From assembly GCA_965112155.1 (NCBI GenBank), contig OZ218103.1: a DNA stretch of 64,000 nt. One strand, written 5' to 3'. The translations under genes and the position numbers were made by a program. Each line of letters starts with the position of its first letter. Positions within the stretch are counted from its first letter, which is position 1. Below are positions 1 through 12,330 of the stretch, one piece after another. This stretch comes from Podarcis liolepis. Taxonomy: Eukaryota. The notes under the pieces were generated by a model. That model saw only the letters and a program-made list of their open reading frames with translations, was not told the origin of the DNA and made no database searches.

Positions 1-146
1 AAAAGGGATATAAATAAGGAGGATGCAGTTTATCTAGGCTTCAGCACATAAATCACAGAGAAGGCTACAGAAGTAACTGGTTTACTGGTGAAGAGTCTCC
101 AGCTGTTCAGAATAAGCTGCAAACAACACATATGCATACACAGTGG

Positions 147-165
147 TGTGTGTGTGTGTGTGTGT
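147..165. repeat. (TG)n microsatellite
   Basis: Run of TG dinucleotides visible in the sequence. Confidence 0.9.
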
Positions 166-3100
166 TTGCTTTCCTTTGTTTCATTAATTAACCATACAGG
201 AAGTCTTTATGGCTGAGGTCGGCAACTGGCAGCACCCAAGCTCAGTTCAGCTCCTGGACAATTGCCAGTTGGCCCATAGACCCATTTCCTCCCTGTTGTT
301 ATTCCTTCCCTCTCACTTGGCAGTCTGCTTGCTTGCCTGCTGCTGTTGCTGCTACAGCAGCCAGGTTGGACTTAAAAGCCCGCTCCCAGCATGTGGCAAA
401 CAAAAGGAAGGAGAAAAGCAGGAGAACACAGAAACCATCCATGAAGTTCTCCATTAATTCTGCATTATCCAGAGACAACTCGTGTGTGTGTCCCCATGTG
501 GTTAATGGTTAACAGTGACTCAAGCAGTTTCCATACCTTCACCTTCTAGCCTTTTGGAGTAAGCTTTCTGCTATCATGGAAGATGTAAGCTAGCAGTCCA
601 TCCAACCACAAGGGAGAAGGAAAGGCAGAATAAAAGGTGGGCACAGTTTCTATCCAAGGAAAGCATGCTCTGTCTGCAAGTAAAAGCTTCCTTAGCTAAC
701 AGGATTGAGGCCCAGAACTTGCCCCCAGCCATTCCTATCTGCTAATTAAGGCACTGACTTCTGCCATATGGCTAGTCTATGTTTTCTGAGCATTTTTTGT
801 TTCTCCAGTGCCCTCAGGGAATAAGGACTTTAAATTACACCCTGGGCTTGCCCTCCTTTTCATTGGACATTGTTTTCTCTTAGCCTGAGCTGAGTAAGCA
901 TTGGCAAACAAGCAATCAGCCGTTCTGCTGTTTGTGTTACCCTCAGAGAGGTTAAAGCAATTTCCTTCTTGACTTAGGGAGGTTCATTACAACATTGTAT
1001 GAGGACCCCTGCAGTGATGGGATAACTGCTGTATAATTATGTAACTACCGTAAAAGCTTTGCTGAGATTAGAATATATTGTTTGAACTGATTTAGTGCAC
1101 CGGCTATGTTGCTTTCAGCACCACAAAAGGTTGTCCTATTGTTCTCTGATATTAGGCGAAAGCTTGCAAGCTTGTCAATTTACTGCCAATGAAATAACTC
1201 AGAAGCTGTAACAGGAAAGTGTTCCTTAAAATACACTCCAAGGAGGAATGCAACAGCCAGAGAGAAAACGAGATGAAATGCTGGGCCACTAAATGAGATA
1301 ATACTGTTTAAAAGAAGCAAAAGGCCAAGTGGAGGCCACGGGGTGAAGGACTGCAATTTAGAGGAAATGCACAGTAAAAATATACAGAAATCCAGAGAGG
1401 CTAAAGAACTATGAAAAACAATATCTAAATGCACCTGGAGTTAATAAGGAGCTTTTTTTTTGCAACAAGAGAAGGAGGCTTGTTTTCTCCAGATGTCATT
1501 GTTGACTAACTCCTTGGCTGCTTTCCCTCAAGCTGGTAGGTGGAAAGGCATAGCACAGCCTCCCCAAAGACCCACTGGTGCCAGTGAGAGCTCCCCATCT
1601 CCATGCCAAGGCTAACAGAGGTATAGGGAGAGGGTGATCTTCTTGGAAATCACAGCTGAGGAAAGGGTTAAACCTCACCACCACCTGTGGTGTGGCCCCA
1701 GCAAAATTACTAAATTTAAAAATCAACCTGGCATGCTTTCCAATGGTGCACTTGACATCCTGTCTAGTTGACCGTAAGCATTTGGTCCTGCTACAAGTGG
1801 ACACCCCAGGCTATCTGCTGTCATTGTCTTGGCCACACCCACTGCTGATGTGCAGTCTGTAGTCCCAGGAATGGCCAAGAGGCAGGGCAGCCCTCAAGCC
1901 CATCCTCATACGGATAGACCTGTTAGGAACATTTGCAGAATTCTGCCTCATTGTAGAGTGCGGGAATAAATCTGTTCCCCAAGGGAGCTGCAATTCAGGG
2001 CACCAGGTTGGCAAAGGCTAGGATAGATGGCCTTTGGTGTCTTCCAAGCCCTGTGTTTCTTTCTGTGCGAGGGGCACCTGCCCACAAACCCTCCACAGTG
2101 GTTTGATTTTAAATACAGCAGGCTCTGCTTCCTTGCTGTCGCCCATTCAAGCCAATCTTCTGGAAGGAAATGAAAAGGGCCTAAGGCTGTACTCATTAGT
2201 GGGGCTAGACCACCTCGGCTGCCCCCTGGCACTAATTATACCACTGTGTACTAGGAGATGCTGCAGCTCAGCCGTACCCATCAGAGATGCGGAGGGTGAG
2301 AAGCACCGAAACAGTCCAGCTCTCTCTTCTCCTGCTCATTACAGTAACACTGGCATGACAGCCAAGCGGGGAGGGGGTGGAGACAGCACAGCGCTCAACT
2401 GGGTCTCCAGGGCACCTGGCTAATCCATGGCATCTAGTTCTGTCTTTAGTAATAGGCAGCAGCCCATAAATGCCAGCTCTCCAATTAGTCCTGGCCCCTG
2501 GCCCCATCACTAAGGAGGATCTCCTTCAAACCGGTACGGGACAAACAAACAAAATCATTTGGCTCAGAGGGAGAAAATCACACAGAGCAGATGAGAGAGA
2601 ACCCAGGGCTGCTTTGTTGGGGATGACAAAACGGGATGGGAATCCCCCCTTCATATGTTCCTGAGCTCTGCAGAGGTTGAGAGCAAAGCCCCAAGTTCCT
2701 CTAGCCCCAGCCCCCAAGGGTTGCTTTTCATGTTACTTCTGAAGATGCAGCTGTGCTACCCTGAGCAAATGTCTGCAGATGGGTGCAAAGGTTATGCAGT
2801 ACAGTATCTGAGTCTTAGTTAAGACCTGTGAAGGGCAAGACTCTGCCAGTTGTCCTGCATTTTGCAGATGTGGCTTCTCAGGTAGCTGTGGGCATGTCTT
2901 GGGTTTCTCAGTTGAGTGAAGCAGCACTACTGTAGCACCACAGTAAGACCACCACTAGCAACTGGGAACACCTGGAAGTCTTGGGAAAATGTCTCACTGG
3001 GTAAAGGGACCCCACCCTCTTTGAACTGCACTTAAGCCAGGCTGGTGTGGCCCCCTTGGAGGACACTAGCAGCTGGGAAGGTGAGGTAAGATTGCAAGAT

Positions 3101-3329
3101 TAAGCAAACCATCTAAGAAATTGACTTTTTGTGTTTAGAAAAGTGATGGGAAATACATGAACGAGCAAGTAACGGGAAAGGCATATGAATGATCTGCATG
3201 TAAATCAGGATGAATGCTTACTGCCATGAAACTGCTCCGCAAACAAATCTGAAGAAACATTCAATAACGACCAGATAGAAGCTAACCTCCGCATAACCTT
3301 TTGCACAAGCAAATCAGGATGGATGTTCA

Positions 3330-3620
3330 GTAAACAGGCCGTCAGAAGGAGACTTTAGAGGGTGGAGCTAAGAAGAAAGGTATCGAAACAGGAAGAAGCA
3401 AGAAGGCAAGAGTTAGACTTGGAGGCATTGGATTCAGAAACAAGGCGAAAATGAAGAAAAACAGGGTAACAAACCTAGTGGTTTGGTGGGAAAGTTGGGT
3501 AAAGAAGGGAGTGAGTCAGCCAAGGGTCAGGAAGGTCAAAAACATGGAGGAAGGAGCTGGATATTGTTTTTGTGGAGATGTTAAGGAAGGTAGGAGAGGA
3601 TATATGCATTGGGAGGACAT
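3330..3620 (-). mobile_element. Highly degraded ancient L2 LINE remnant
   Basis: Purine-rich tract resembling the antisense of old L2 ORF2/3' regions; no intact motif, so pattern recall only. Confidence 0.3.
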
Positions 3621-4744
3621 TCTTTCCTCCCATTCATCTCATCCTACCAGGTGCTTAAGAAGGTTGAGGATTGTGTGCAGCCTTGGACTTGCCTGAAGAA
3701 TGTATGCTGTGTTGAGCATTGGTGGGCCCACTGACTGACCTCTGAGCTTCAGTGAGTGCCCCTTTGGCAACTGCTAGAACTAGCCAAACTTCGGGTGACG
3801 TGAACTAAGTAGGACAAGTGGGCAGACCCAAGTTTTCAGTGCAGCCTATATTTTATTATAAGCAAAGGAGTTTGTCCCATGTGGGGTATCGGAGGAGTGA
3901 ATCACATTGCAAGGAATTGCATTTCCACAAAAAGTGGCCAGGTGTTAGCCAGATGTATCCAAAGAGGTGTATTAATTAGTTTCCTGGGGAGCTAGTCCAT
4001 AACAGCTCATTAATGGAGAAAGTGTTTGCTCTTTTCAGTTAGACACTGCATATTTTATCGTAAATGAAGTGTCTCAGATGACACAGAAGTAAAATAACTA
4101 AATTTGCCCAGATGCACAAACACACACAAACTAATGTCTGTTGATATGTAACTATGCAAGTTTGGGGGTTGCATAGATAGCTGTAGATCATCTTTCATCA
4201 AACATTTTCCTATACTGATATTAACCCCAGTGGCTGGGGTGGGGTGAGGTGAGGCGAGGATTGCAATTTTAAAATGTCCTGTTCCTTTGAAATGGCACAT
4301 TTAAAAAGTCAAACACTAGAAGTGAAACACTCCCCCTCCTTCACATAAATGTCAATGCTCGCATTGGAAAATATAGCATTAGATCTAGCCCTAATGCCAT
4401 TTGTGTTGAACAAGGTTATGTACTGATGCAAATATGCTTTGTCACTTCAGATAAATGGTAGCCTAATCAGAAATAATGTGAAATATGTGACACAATGCAT
4501 TGAAGAGTAGGCCTGCAAATTGCAGTGATGACCTAAGAAAAGGAGGATCTTGTGTCAAACAGTGTTAAGCCCTAGATCCCTTCATGCTCAGAAATTAGGA
4601 CTTCCCATTCAGAGCTCCTGTTCTGCAAAGGCAGAGCAACAGAAGCAAGTGGCTGTGCCCTGAACTCCAAAAGGAAAAGAAAGATGCGTGGCTTGAAGAT
4701 CTTGCAGATGTGATTCTAGGGAAAGTCTCTGTTGTATGGTCACT

Positions 4745-4745
<1 letters not shown>

Positions 4746-4787
<42 letters not shown>
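4746..4787. repeat. (TG)n microsatellite
   Basis: About 21 uninterrupted TG units. Confidence 0.95.
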
Positions 4788-4788
<1 letters not shown>

Positions 4789-6539
4789 TCTAAGAGATAG
4801 CATGGCTGGCTACCTCTGATGTCATGTTGCCTTAATCAACCTCAAGGTAAGCAGTGCTGGGTTGAAAATCACAATCATGCAGTCTGATGTCCTCCAATGT
4901 ATCAGGATGTGAAAGCCATGTCTGGCTTTGATGGTACAAGGAGCATCTCGTTAAAATTGTGAGACCTTTTCTCTAACCCTCACCAAATTTCTCTGGCTAA
5001 TAAATGGACCTTGAAAAGCAATATTGTCAGCAGTAGAAGCTAATGTTCAGAATGAGAATCTTTCAGGACCAAGCCAAAGAATCACCTCCCTCCATTTTTC
5101 ACTAAAGGATCCTTACTGGATGAAGAGAACTCTATCACTATAAAATAATTGGGGGGGGGGGTTCAGTGGGGATTTAAAAGAGCTTGGATAGACTGTCCAG
5201 CCACACTGTCCTTCCTCCTTTTAAACCAAAATGACTTTATTCCTCCTCTCAGAAAAAGAAAATCTGCTCAAGCCTTGCTTTCTGCTTATGAACTTGGACT
5301 GAAGCCCATGACCGACCTTCATGATCCCAATGGCCTCTTCTGCTGCATAAGCAGTTTTCTACAGGTGAGTGACTTGGGTCAATGTGTGCGAGGGGATTAA
5401 AAAACAAGAGCCAGTGGGCTATCCATTAAAGAGCTGCAACTCAATTAAGGCTATTGATTAATCAATGAGCGCAAGCATGACTCCACTCCTCAGCAATAAC
5501 AAAAATCTTGGCTAGTGATGGACAGCTGCAAATTATAGAAAGAGGAGCTGGTTTTCAGGGCAGACCATGAATGGTGGTAAAGGGGGTCTGCTGAAGATCA
5601 CCAAGGGTCTAGTTAGCCAGACATGAGCTTGTCACGCCTACTACTACTGACGCCTATGATTCTCACTTCCCTTTTATTCCAAAACAATTACAACTTTTCA
5701 GTTTGTTGCCTGGGATGAAGAGCTAGAAATGCAACCTTTTCCTCAACTCTGTGAAGAGTAAAGTTGCCAGATGCAGAATCTGAACTGGTTCAGGTATCTG
5801 CATAGGCAAAGCGTACATTTAAAAAATAATAATAATGTGGTTTTTAAGAATTACTCAGGTCCAGTCTTTTGCATTACAGCCTTGTAGTAACAAGGGAAAC
5901 CAGAGCTATTGGAATTTCCCATTTACTACTTTAAAATATTGGAACCCTCCAGCAAGCTTGGTCGCTAAGGAGATCTACAGGTTTCAGGCTGCAGGTTCAT
6001 TGATATATGGTCATCCATGCAAATCCACACCTTCAATGGCATATTTATTCTATGGTGATGGGTTTTCCTCAGGCTCTGGATTGTGTTGAGTTTTGGCAGG
6101 ATGATAGATACACATCAGGTAGAGCAGAATCCATTGCAATCCCCCCCCCACACTTAGTGTTGTGCTGTACTTTTCCTTCCGTAGTTTGATAGGAAGAAAC
6201 AAGCAAATTCACAAGCAGAGCTAACTATGCTGTCATCAGGTCAATGAGCAATCTGGTGCAGTGTTTTGCCAAAAGTATTTTTTAGAATTTATGCTTAGAA
6301 ATCCTCACCTGCTTACAACTCAGTAAGCACATTCTCACATTTGGATGTTTTATATTGTCACCATTTTATTGTCATGCAACAGCTCATTCCCAAACCACTA
6401 AAGTATTCAGAAATGCAAAATTCAGTACTTGAGGACAAAATTGTCATTAGGTCCTGTTTCTGAATATAATGGCCTGCAACCTGCCAACTGGACCAGTACA
6501 GTAGCCCACAGGTTCTCTCAGTGTTATTTATATTATGTT

Positions 6540-6780
6540 TGTTTATAGTTATAGGCCACTTTTCTATGCAAAGGAACTTGAAGCAACTTACAACAGCCAA
6601 GTACAGTAGTTCACAATTAGCACATCACAAAACACTGATTACAATATGATGCAACCAATCATAAAACAATACTAAAAACTAAAAAGAGCAATCACTAGGT
6701 AAATTCAGCAGACCTCAGATGATCAGAAGGCATGATGGAATAGACAGAGTTTTACTGATTATCTAAAAATGTCAGCCAGC
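6540..6780 (-). mobile_element. Degraded L2 LINE 3' end
   Basis: TTTATAG...GCCACTTTTC...CAACTTACAA followed by an A/C-rich tract and AAGGCATGATGGAATAG, the layout of squamate L2 3' ends read antisense. Confidence 0.45.
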
Positions 6781-6930
6781 AAAAAAGTAAACCAAACTCA
6801 TAATGAGAGAACAGATACTATGCTTATTGAATAGGAACAATGTTCAATACATAGAGCTGGAGGATGTTTTGCTGTTCCAGTGCACAACATGCAACTCTGT
6901 TCTACAAACTCTAGCCACTTCAAAGCAAAC

Positions 6931-7099
6931 ACTGAGTGCAGTGGTAGAACGACATTTTGCTTTGCATATTGTAGGTCCCAGGTTCAATCCCTGATATCTC
7001 CAGGTAGTGCTGGAAAAGTCTCCTACCTGCAGCTCTGAGGAGCTGCTGAAGTGGGTGGGTCAATATTATGGCTCAGTACAAAGCAGCTTCCTATGTTCC
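6931..7099 (+). mobile_element. tRNA-head / CR1-tail SINE (squamate), diverged
   Basis: Pol III box A-like CAGTGGTAG, box B-like GGTTCAATCCC, and 3' end GCAGCTTCCTATGTTCC shared with many copies in this window. Confidence 0.75.
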
Positions 7100-7111
7100 A
7101 AGGGATCTCCA

Positions 7112-7413
7112 GGGAGCCAGTGTGGTGTAGTGGTTGAGAGCGGTAGACTCGTAATCTGGGGAGCCGGGTTCGCGTCTCCGCTCTTCCACATGCAGCTGCT
7201 GGGTGACCTTGGGCCAGTCACACTTCTTTGAAGTCTCTCAGCCCCACTCACCTCACAGAGTGTTTGTTGTGGGGGAGGAAGGGAAAGGAGAATGTTAGCC
7301 GCTTTGAGACTCCTTCGGGTAGTCATAAAGCGGGATATCAAATCCAAACTCCTCCTCCTCCTCCTCCTCCTCCTCCTCCTCCTCCTCCTCCTCCTCCTCC
7401 TCTTCTTCTCCTC
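7112..7413 (+). mobile_element. Squam3-type (Ther1/MIR-derived CORE) SINE, near full length, with (CCT)n tail
   Basis: tRNA-like head GGGAGCCAGTGTGGTGTAGTGGTT...GGGTTCG, CORE-like CTGGGTGACCTTGGGCCAGTCAC, L2-like tail AGCCGCTTTGAG...GATATCAAATCC, then a trinucleotide tail at 7349-7413. Confidence 0.85.
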
Positions 7414-7879
7414 TAAGCATTTACCATCTCAGCCCAGTATGCATCTGCCCAAAGAGTGCCCTAAACTTTGTTCTTGTGCTGGTGGTGCGAACTGGATGTG
7501 TGTGAATAAGCTGTAAATGGAATTGAATGAACCCTTGAAATCTCTTAATTGGAGATTCCAGGATCTCCTTTATCCTGTTCCTTCAATGAGGGGCTGGTTT
7601 CTGCCAATCCTCATCCCTCCATCCCTTCCCTGAAGATCCAGATCTGCTGCATGAGTTCTTATCCCCAGCACCGGATTATATGGTTAAATCGGCTGCAAAA
7701 ACAAAAATGCAAGACTTTGTGCTAGCAAATGTCAGGCAGAAATATTAAAGGAAGATGTCAATTTAGCCCATTAGTGTTCCAAGCCATGGACACTGTCCCT
7801 GATCTTTAGAGCTTATACCTCAATCCTTGGCAGGCAGTGATGATGAGTCCTGGGCCTGGAGAGTACGTGTACAGAATTA

Positions 7880-7962
7880 TCCTAACCAGGTTTATTTGGA
7901 AGCAAGTCTCATTAATTTCAATTTGCATCCAGTTTCAAGTAATTATGTTTAGGATTGCAGCC
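7880..7962. repeat. Short palindromic ancient repeat (CCTAA...TTAGGATTGCA hairpin family); related copies near 30320-30560 and 32225-32305
   Basis: Imperfect hairpin around CATTAATTTCAAT; similar degenerate copies occur elsewhere in the window. Confidence 0.45.
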
Positions 7963-10310
7963 CAAGTCTGACTGGTGATTTAGAAATGAAGCCTCTCCAG
8001 AGCTGCAAGAGCGTGACTGTCAATAGCATGCAAACCTCTGACCAAGAAGTCAAGGGAAGAAGGGATTGCCAAAGGCAATGTCCACTTGCACCCTTAAATA
8101 CCAGAGATAGGTTGAAGCCACTCTGCTTCCCACCCCGTTCCTCCACTGTTCCTCCTGCTGACCATCCTCTTCCTCCCGATCACAAGTTCAGATTGTGTGT
8201 GAAATGCAAACATTGTGTGAGATTGGCTTAAGTAGCAAATTTGGGGCTTTGTTTCTTTACCATCTGGTACCTGGGCCTGACAGTTCATCTGCCACAGTTC
8301 CCCTGCTACTACTGTGGGCACCTGTTACTGTAAATCATTCCTGGACCTCTTAAATGCCGAAATTCTCACCCTTCCAGAGGGAGTCTAGAGGCTGGATGGT
8401 TTTAATAGGACTCAGAAATAACCATGTCATTGAGCCCAAGCAGATGCCCAGCAGTAGACTCCAGCCAACCAATCGCCTGATGTAGTTAGGCACCCTGAAG
8501 TCAATTTGAATCAATGGACTTTTTCACATCTACACAGGACAAGGCAGCAAAAGCTGGAGGTGAGAACAGGAAATCCATGATCTTTAGCTGAAGGAGAAAA
8601 GTCCATCAGCCCAAGTGTGGCTGTGAGCCAGGAAGGCATCTGGAATTCTCCCTGGAGAGAATGGCTAGACTCCCTTGCTGTAGCCCTTGCTTTTGCCTAT
8701 CTAGCCATTTAATTTTTTAGTCCAAAGGCTCCCTGGCCTAAGGAATGCTGTGAAGCAGGGAAAGCGCTACGGACAGATCAAAAGGCCACTTCAGTATCAC
8801 TACTTTTTATTAGCTCAGTGGCTCTTTCTTATTCCAGCTTATTCTGCTCTCCTTAACAGGACTAATAAAAAGATGCCATGCACTCGCAAGGTGCCCAGGG
8901 CTTGTAGTCGGTCCTTGGGATTACGAACCTCAGCTTGGGAGAGGACAGAGGAGATAACTGAATGCCCAGCCTAGCCCCTGCGGCAAAGGCAAAGCCATCG
9001 TCTGCTTTGCTTTTGCGTCTAACATCCTGGCAAAAGGGATGAAGGACTCTGCAGGGAGATCAATCTTGTGGCCCTCAGTTTATTAGCTCGCTCTTATCTC
9101 TGGCTATATTTCAAAACACAGCTTTGATCATTTTCGTCTTTCTTTTTCTCTCTTTCATGCAACGTGATTTAATTTAAATAGACTTTTCTGTGGGCATGAG
9201 CTGCACATTCAGTGAAGAGTTGATTCCAGCACAGCAGTGAAAGAGGCCAGTGGAGAGTATTTGTAACTGGGTGCAGAGCCCTGCAAGGTTAAGGAAGAAA
9301 GAGGGTAGAACAAAGTGGCAGGCCGTCTCTGGCTTAACCCACAGCTGGGCATCTGCAGGACGGCTGCTGATTATCCAGGAGTGCTCAAAAAACGTGTAAG
9401 AAGTCTGGACAGTCTGTTTCTCTGATGGATGATTTCTAGCAGAGAAATAGCAAGGGAGAGGGGGTATTAACCCTTTGCTTGACCTGCCACTTTTCTGCTG
9501 CAGCAGCTCTACCACCCCAAACAGCAGGGATCAAGTGTTTAGGGTGTGCTTAGGCATTCTCACCAAGACCAGGTGTGAGTTTCTGTTTGAAAATTATCAG
9601 ATGTCCAGAGTTTGATACTGGAAGGAAGGGGACCTGGCAAAGCAGACAGAGAATGCTTTGTGTACTGGATGGTGCTGTGTTCTTCAGGAACAGAGAAAGT
9701 ATTTCTGTCCAGGTGAGATCCCTCACCTTACTGCCTATCTCCCAATGAGGGTGGCCAAGAGCTGTAGCTGATGGAAACAAGTCAGATGGACTGATAGCAA
9801 AGACCAAAGGAAAAGCACAAACCACCTTAATCCAGTTGTTTGTGGTGGTGATCAAAGCAGACTTGACAGATACCTGAACCTGTCCATCTCTGGAAACTGT
9901 AAGGCAGCAGCAGGCCTCCTTACTGTGGGCAGCAGAGGGAAATTTGCTAGGGGCAGTCTGTCCAGCTCTCCAGCCTACTCAAAGTGGTGGTGGTGAATCA
10001 CCAGTCTGTGGGCCTGATGCTGCTCATCAAGCCTTTCCCATCACCCCTGACCTGTAACCAGTGGCCACTGGAAAAACAAAAACTAACTGCTACTAGGAAC
10101 TCTCTCTCATTACAGCAGATAGGAACACCCAGGAAACAAAGGAACATTCAGTGAAGAGGGAAAAGGTGCTAACATTCCAGTGACTTATTTAACTACTAAA
10201 AGTAGCAGGTGCTTGTGATGTCAGCACTATGATCCCACACATACTAAAAAAGTGGCTCTTTCTTCAGTTTCACCTAGATAAAGCAGCAAATGTGCTATGC
10301 TCTGGACTTC

Positions 10311-10613
10311 AGGGATGTAGCTCAGAAGGTCGCAGCTTCAGTCCCCAGCATCTCCAACTAGAGTTGGGAAAGACTCATCTCTGAAACCCTGGGGGACTGC
10401 ATCCAGTTAGTGTGGACCGTGATAGCCAATGTGGTGCCCTCAAAATGTTGTGGACTACAACACCCATCATCCATGGAAATTGTCCATGCTGGACAGGGTG
10501 ATGTGAGCTGTAGTCCATAGCATCTGGAAGGCATCAGGTTGGCTACTACTGGTGTACACAATATGGAGCTAGATGGACAAATGGTTTGCCTTGGTATAAG
10601 GAAGCTTCCTATG
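10311..10613 (+). mobile_element. tRNA/CR1-tail SINE interrupted by a hAT MITE
   Basis: SINE 5' part at 10311-10417 and 3' part at 10552-10613 (GAGCTAGATGGAC...GGAAGCTTCCTATG). Confidence 0.8.
10418..10551. mobile_element. Non-autonomous hAT-type MITE (GGACTACAACTCCCATCA family)
   Basis: Terminal inverted repeats (GTGATAGCCAA / TTGGCTACTACTG), an internal palindrome, and a degenerate 8-bp TSD GTGTGGAC / GTGTACAC. Confidence 0.8.
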
Positions 10614-11149
10614 AATATCTTGGGACTTGTAGTAAATATTTAGGACTTGTTGATTCAGTAATGTAAGGGCCCTGTTCAGCTAATGCACATTCAACAAGAT
10701 CCCTTGAAATAATCACCAGAGAAGTTGACATGTGTTCCTTTAATAAGGAAGGCATGGTACAAATTGGGATACATTAAAAGAGAAGCAATATTTGTTCCAA
10801 ATAAAATCAAAACTAAACGGAACTTGACAGTTTCTTAAAAACAGTGCACTGTAAGCAGAATCATTAACTAAGTATAATGTTTAGGATTCAGATTCCATCG
10901 GTATATCACCACCCCCATCCGATTCACTACAACTGTAGACACTATAGACAATCATTAACAAGAGTTCACCACTTCATAAATCAGCTGTTTGAGCGCATGC
11001 AGACCAAACTTCCTTGGGGTGAATAAGGGGGGCTCTGGGTAGGTTGTCTGTGGCACCCTACCGAGTAATAAGAAGGATTTTACCACACATCAGATACAAA
11101 CATATGGTTTTCCTCAGAGGCCTGCTGCTGAGCAATCCGGTGGAGGTAT

Positions 11150-12330
11150 CTAGACTAGATTTGACCAAGCTGCTTGGAAAAGTTTAGCAGACCGCCTACC
11201 TCCTTGACCTTTGCCCATCTTGGCTTCTTAGAGCTAGTCACAGGGGGTTGACTGAGTGGGTCCAGTAATTAGGACTTCCCTGGAGAAGGGGGAGATACCA
11301 TCTGCCTTGAAGGAGGCAGTGGTGCACCCCCACCTTGGACCTAGAAGTGTTAAACAACTATCGCCCACTGGCAAACATCCCCTTTTAGGGCAAGGTGGTT
11401 ATTTGGATGGCATGCTTGGAGGAAGCTAATTATTTGGATGCATTTCAGTCTGGCTTCAGGCCTGGTCATGGCACTGAAACTGCCTTGGTTGCCCTAGTTG
11501 ACGCCATTTATTGGGAGAGAGATGGTGAGGAGTGTGGCCCTGATCATCCTCCTGGATTTTTCCAGCAGCTTTTGATATTGTTGACCACAGAATCCTTCTG
11601 GAGCATCTCAAGGAGGTGGGGGGAAGTGTGCTCCAGTAGTTCCTCTCCTACTTCAAGGGCCATTTCGAGCAAGCATTGAGAAAGTGGTGTCGCACAAGGT
11701 TCTATCTTGTCCCCCATGCTATTTAACATCTATGTGAAGCCTCTGGCAGCTGTCATAGGGAGATTTGGAATGAAGTGCCACCAATAGGCAGATGACACTC
11801 AGCTCTGTTTCTCTATTCTGTCTGAATCAGGAAATGCAGTTGAGGTGTTAGAACCAGTGCTCAAGGGCTGTGATGCATTGGATGTGGCCCAATAAACTAA
11901 ATCTGAATCCTGAAATGAATGTCTTATGTGACCAGGAGGTGAGGAAATGGCCTGCCCTGGACAAGATTGCGCTGCCCTGGAAGGAGCAGGTCTGCAGCTT
12001 GTGGATGCTCCTGGAAGAAACACTGTCACTGGTGACTCAAGTGATCTCAGTGGTTAGGAGTGCCTTTTTCTAGTTATGGTCCTTCATCACCTGTGGTCCC
12101 TGTTGGACAGAGATGACTTGGCCACTGTGCTCCATGCTCTAGTAACTTCCGGATTGAATTATTGTAATGCACTCTACACAGGGCTGCCCCTGAAGATTAC
12201 TTGGAACATCAGTTGGTCCAAAACGCAGCTGCCAGATTATTGGCTGGGGTTTCCTTCTGAGCACATATAACCCCTTGGTTTTAAAACAGCATCACTGGCT
12301 GCCCATTCCTTTCCAGACCCAACCCAAGGT
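11150..12330 (+). mobile_element. L2-clade LINE ORF2 (reverse transcriptase) fragment, pseudogenised
   Basis: Motifs LDAFQSGFRPGHGTETALVALVD, GVAQGSILSPMLFNIY, *ADD (YADD with TAG at 11785) and SGLNYCNALY, spread across frameshifts. Confidence 0.92.

Noticed and set aside
868-899. Possible 10-nt plus-strand microexon (TTTTCTCTTAG|CCTGAGCTGA|GTAAGC)
   Set aside because: Not a multiple of three, no supporting context, and expected by chance in 64 kb.
7228-7516. Poly-Pro and poly-Leu ORFs
   Set aside because: Translations of the (CCT)n SINE tail.
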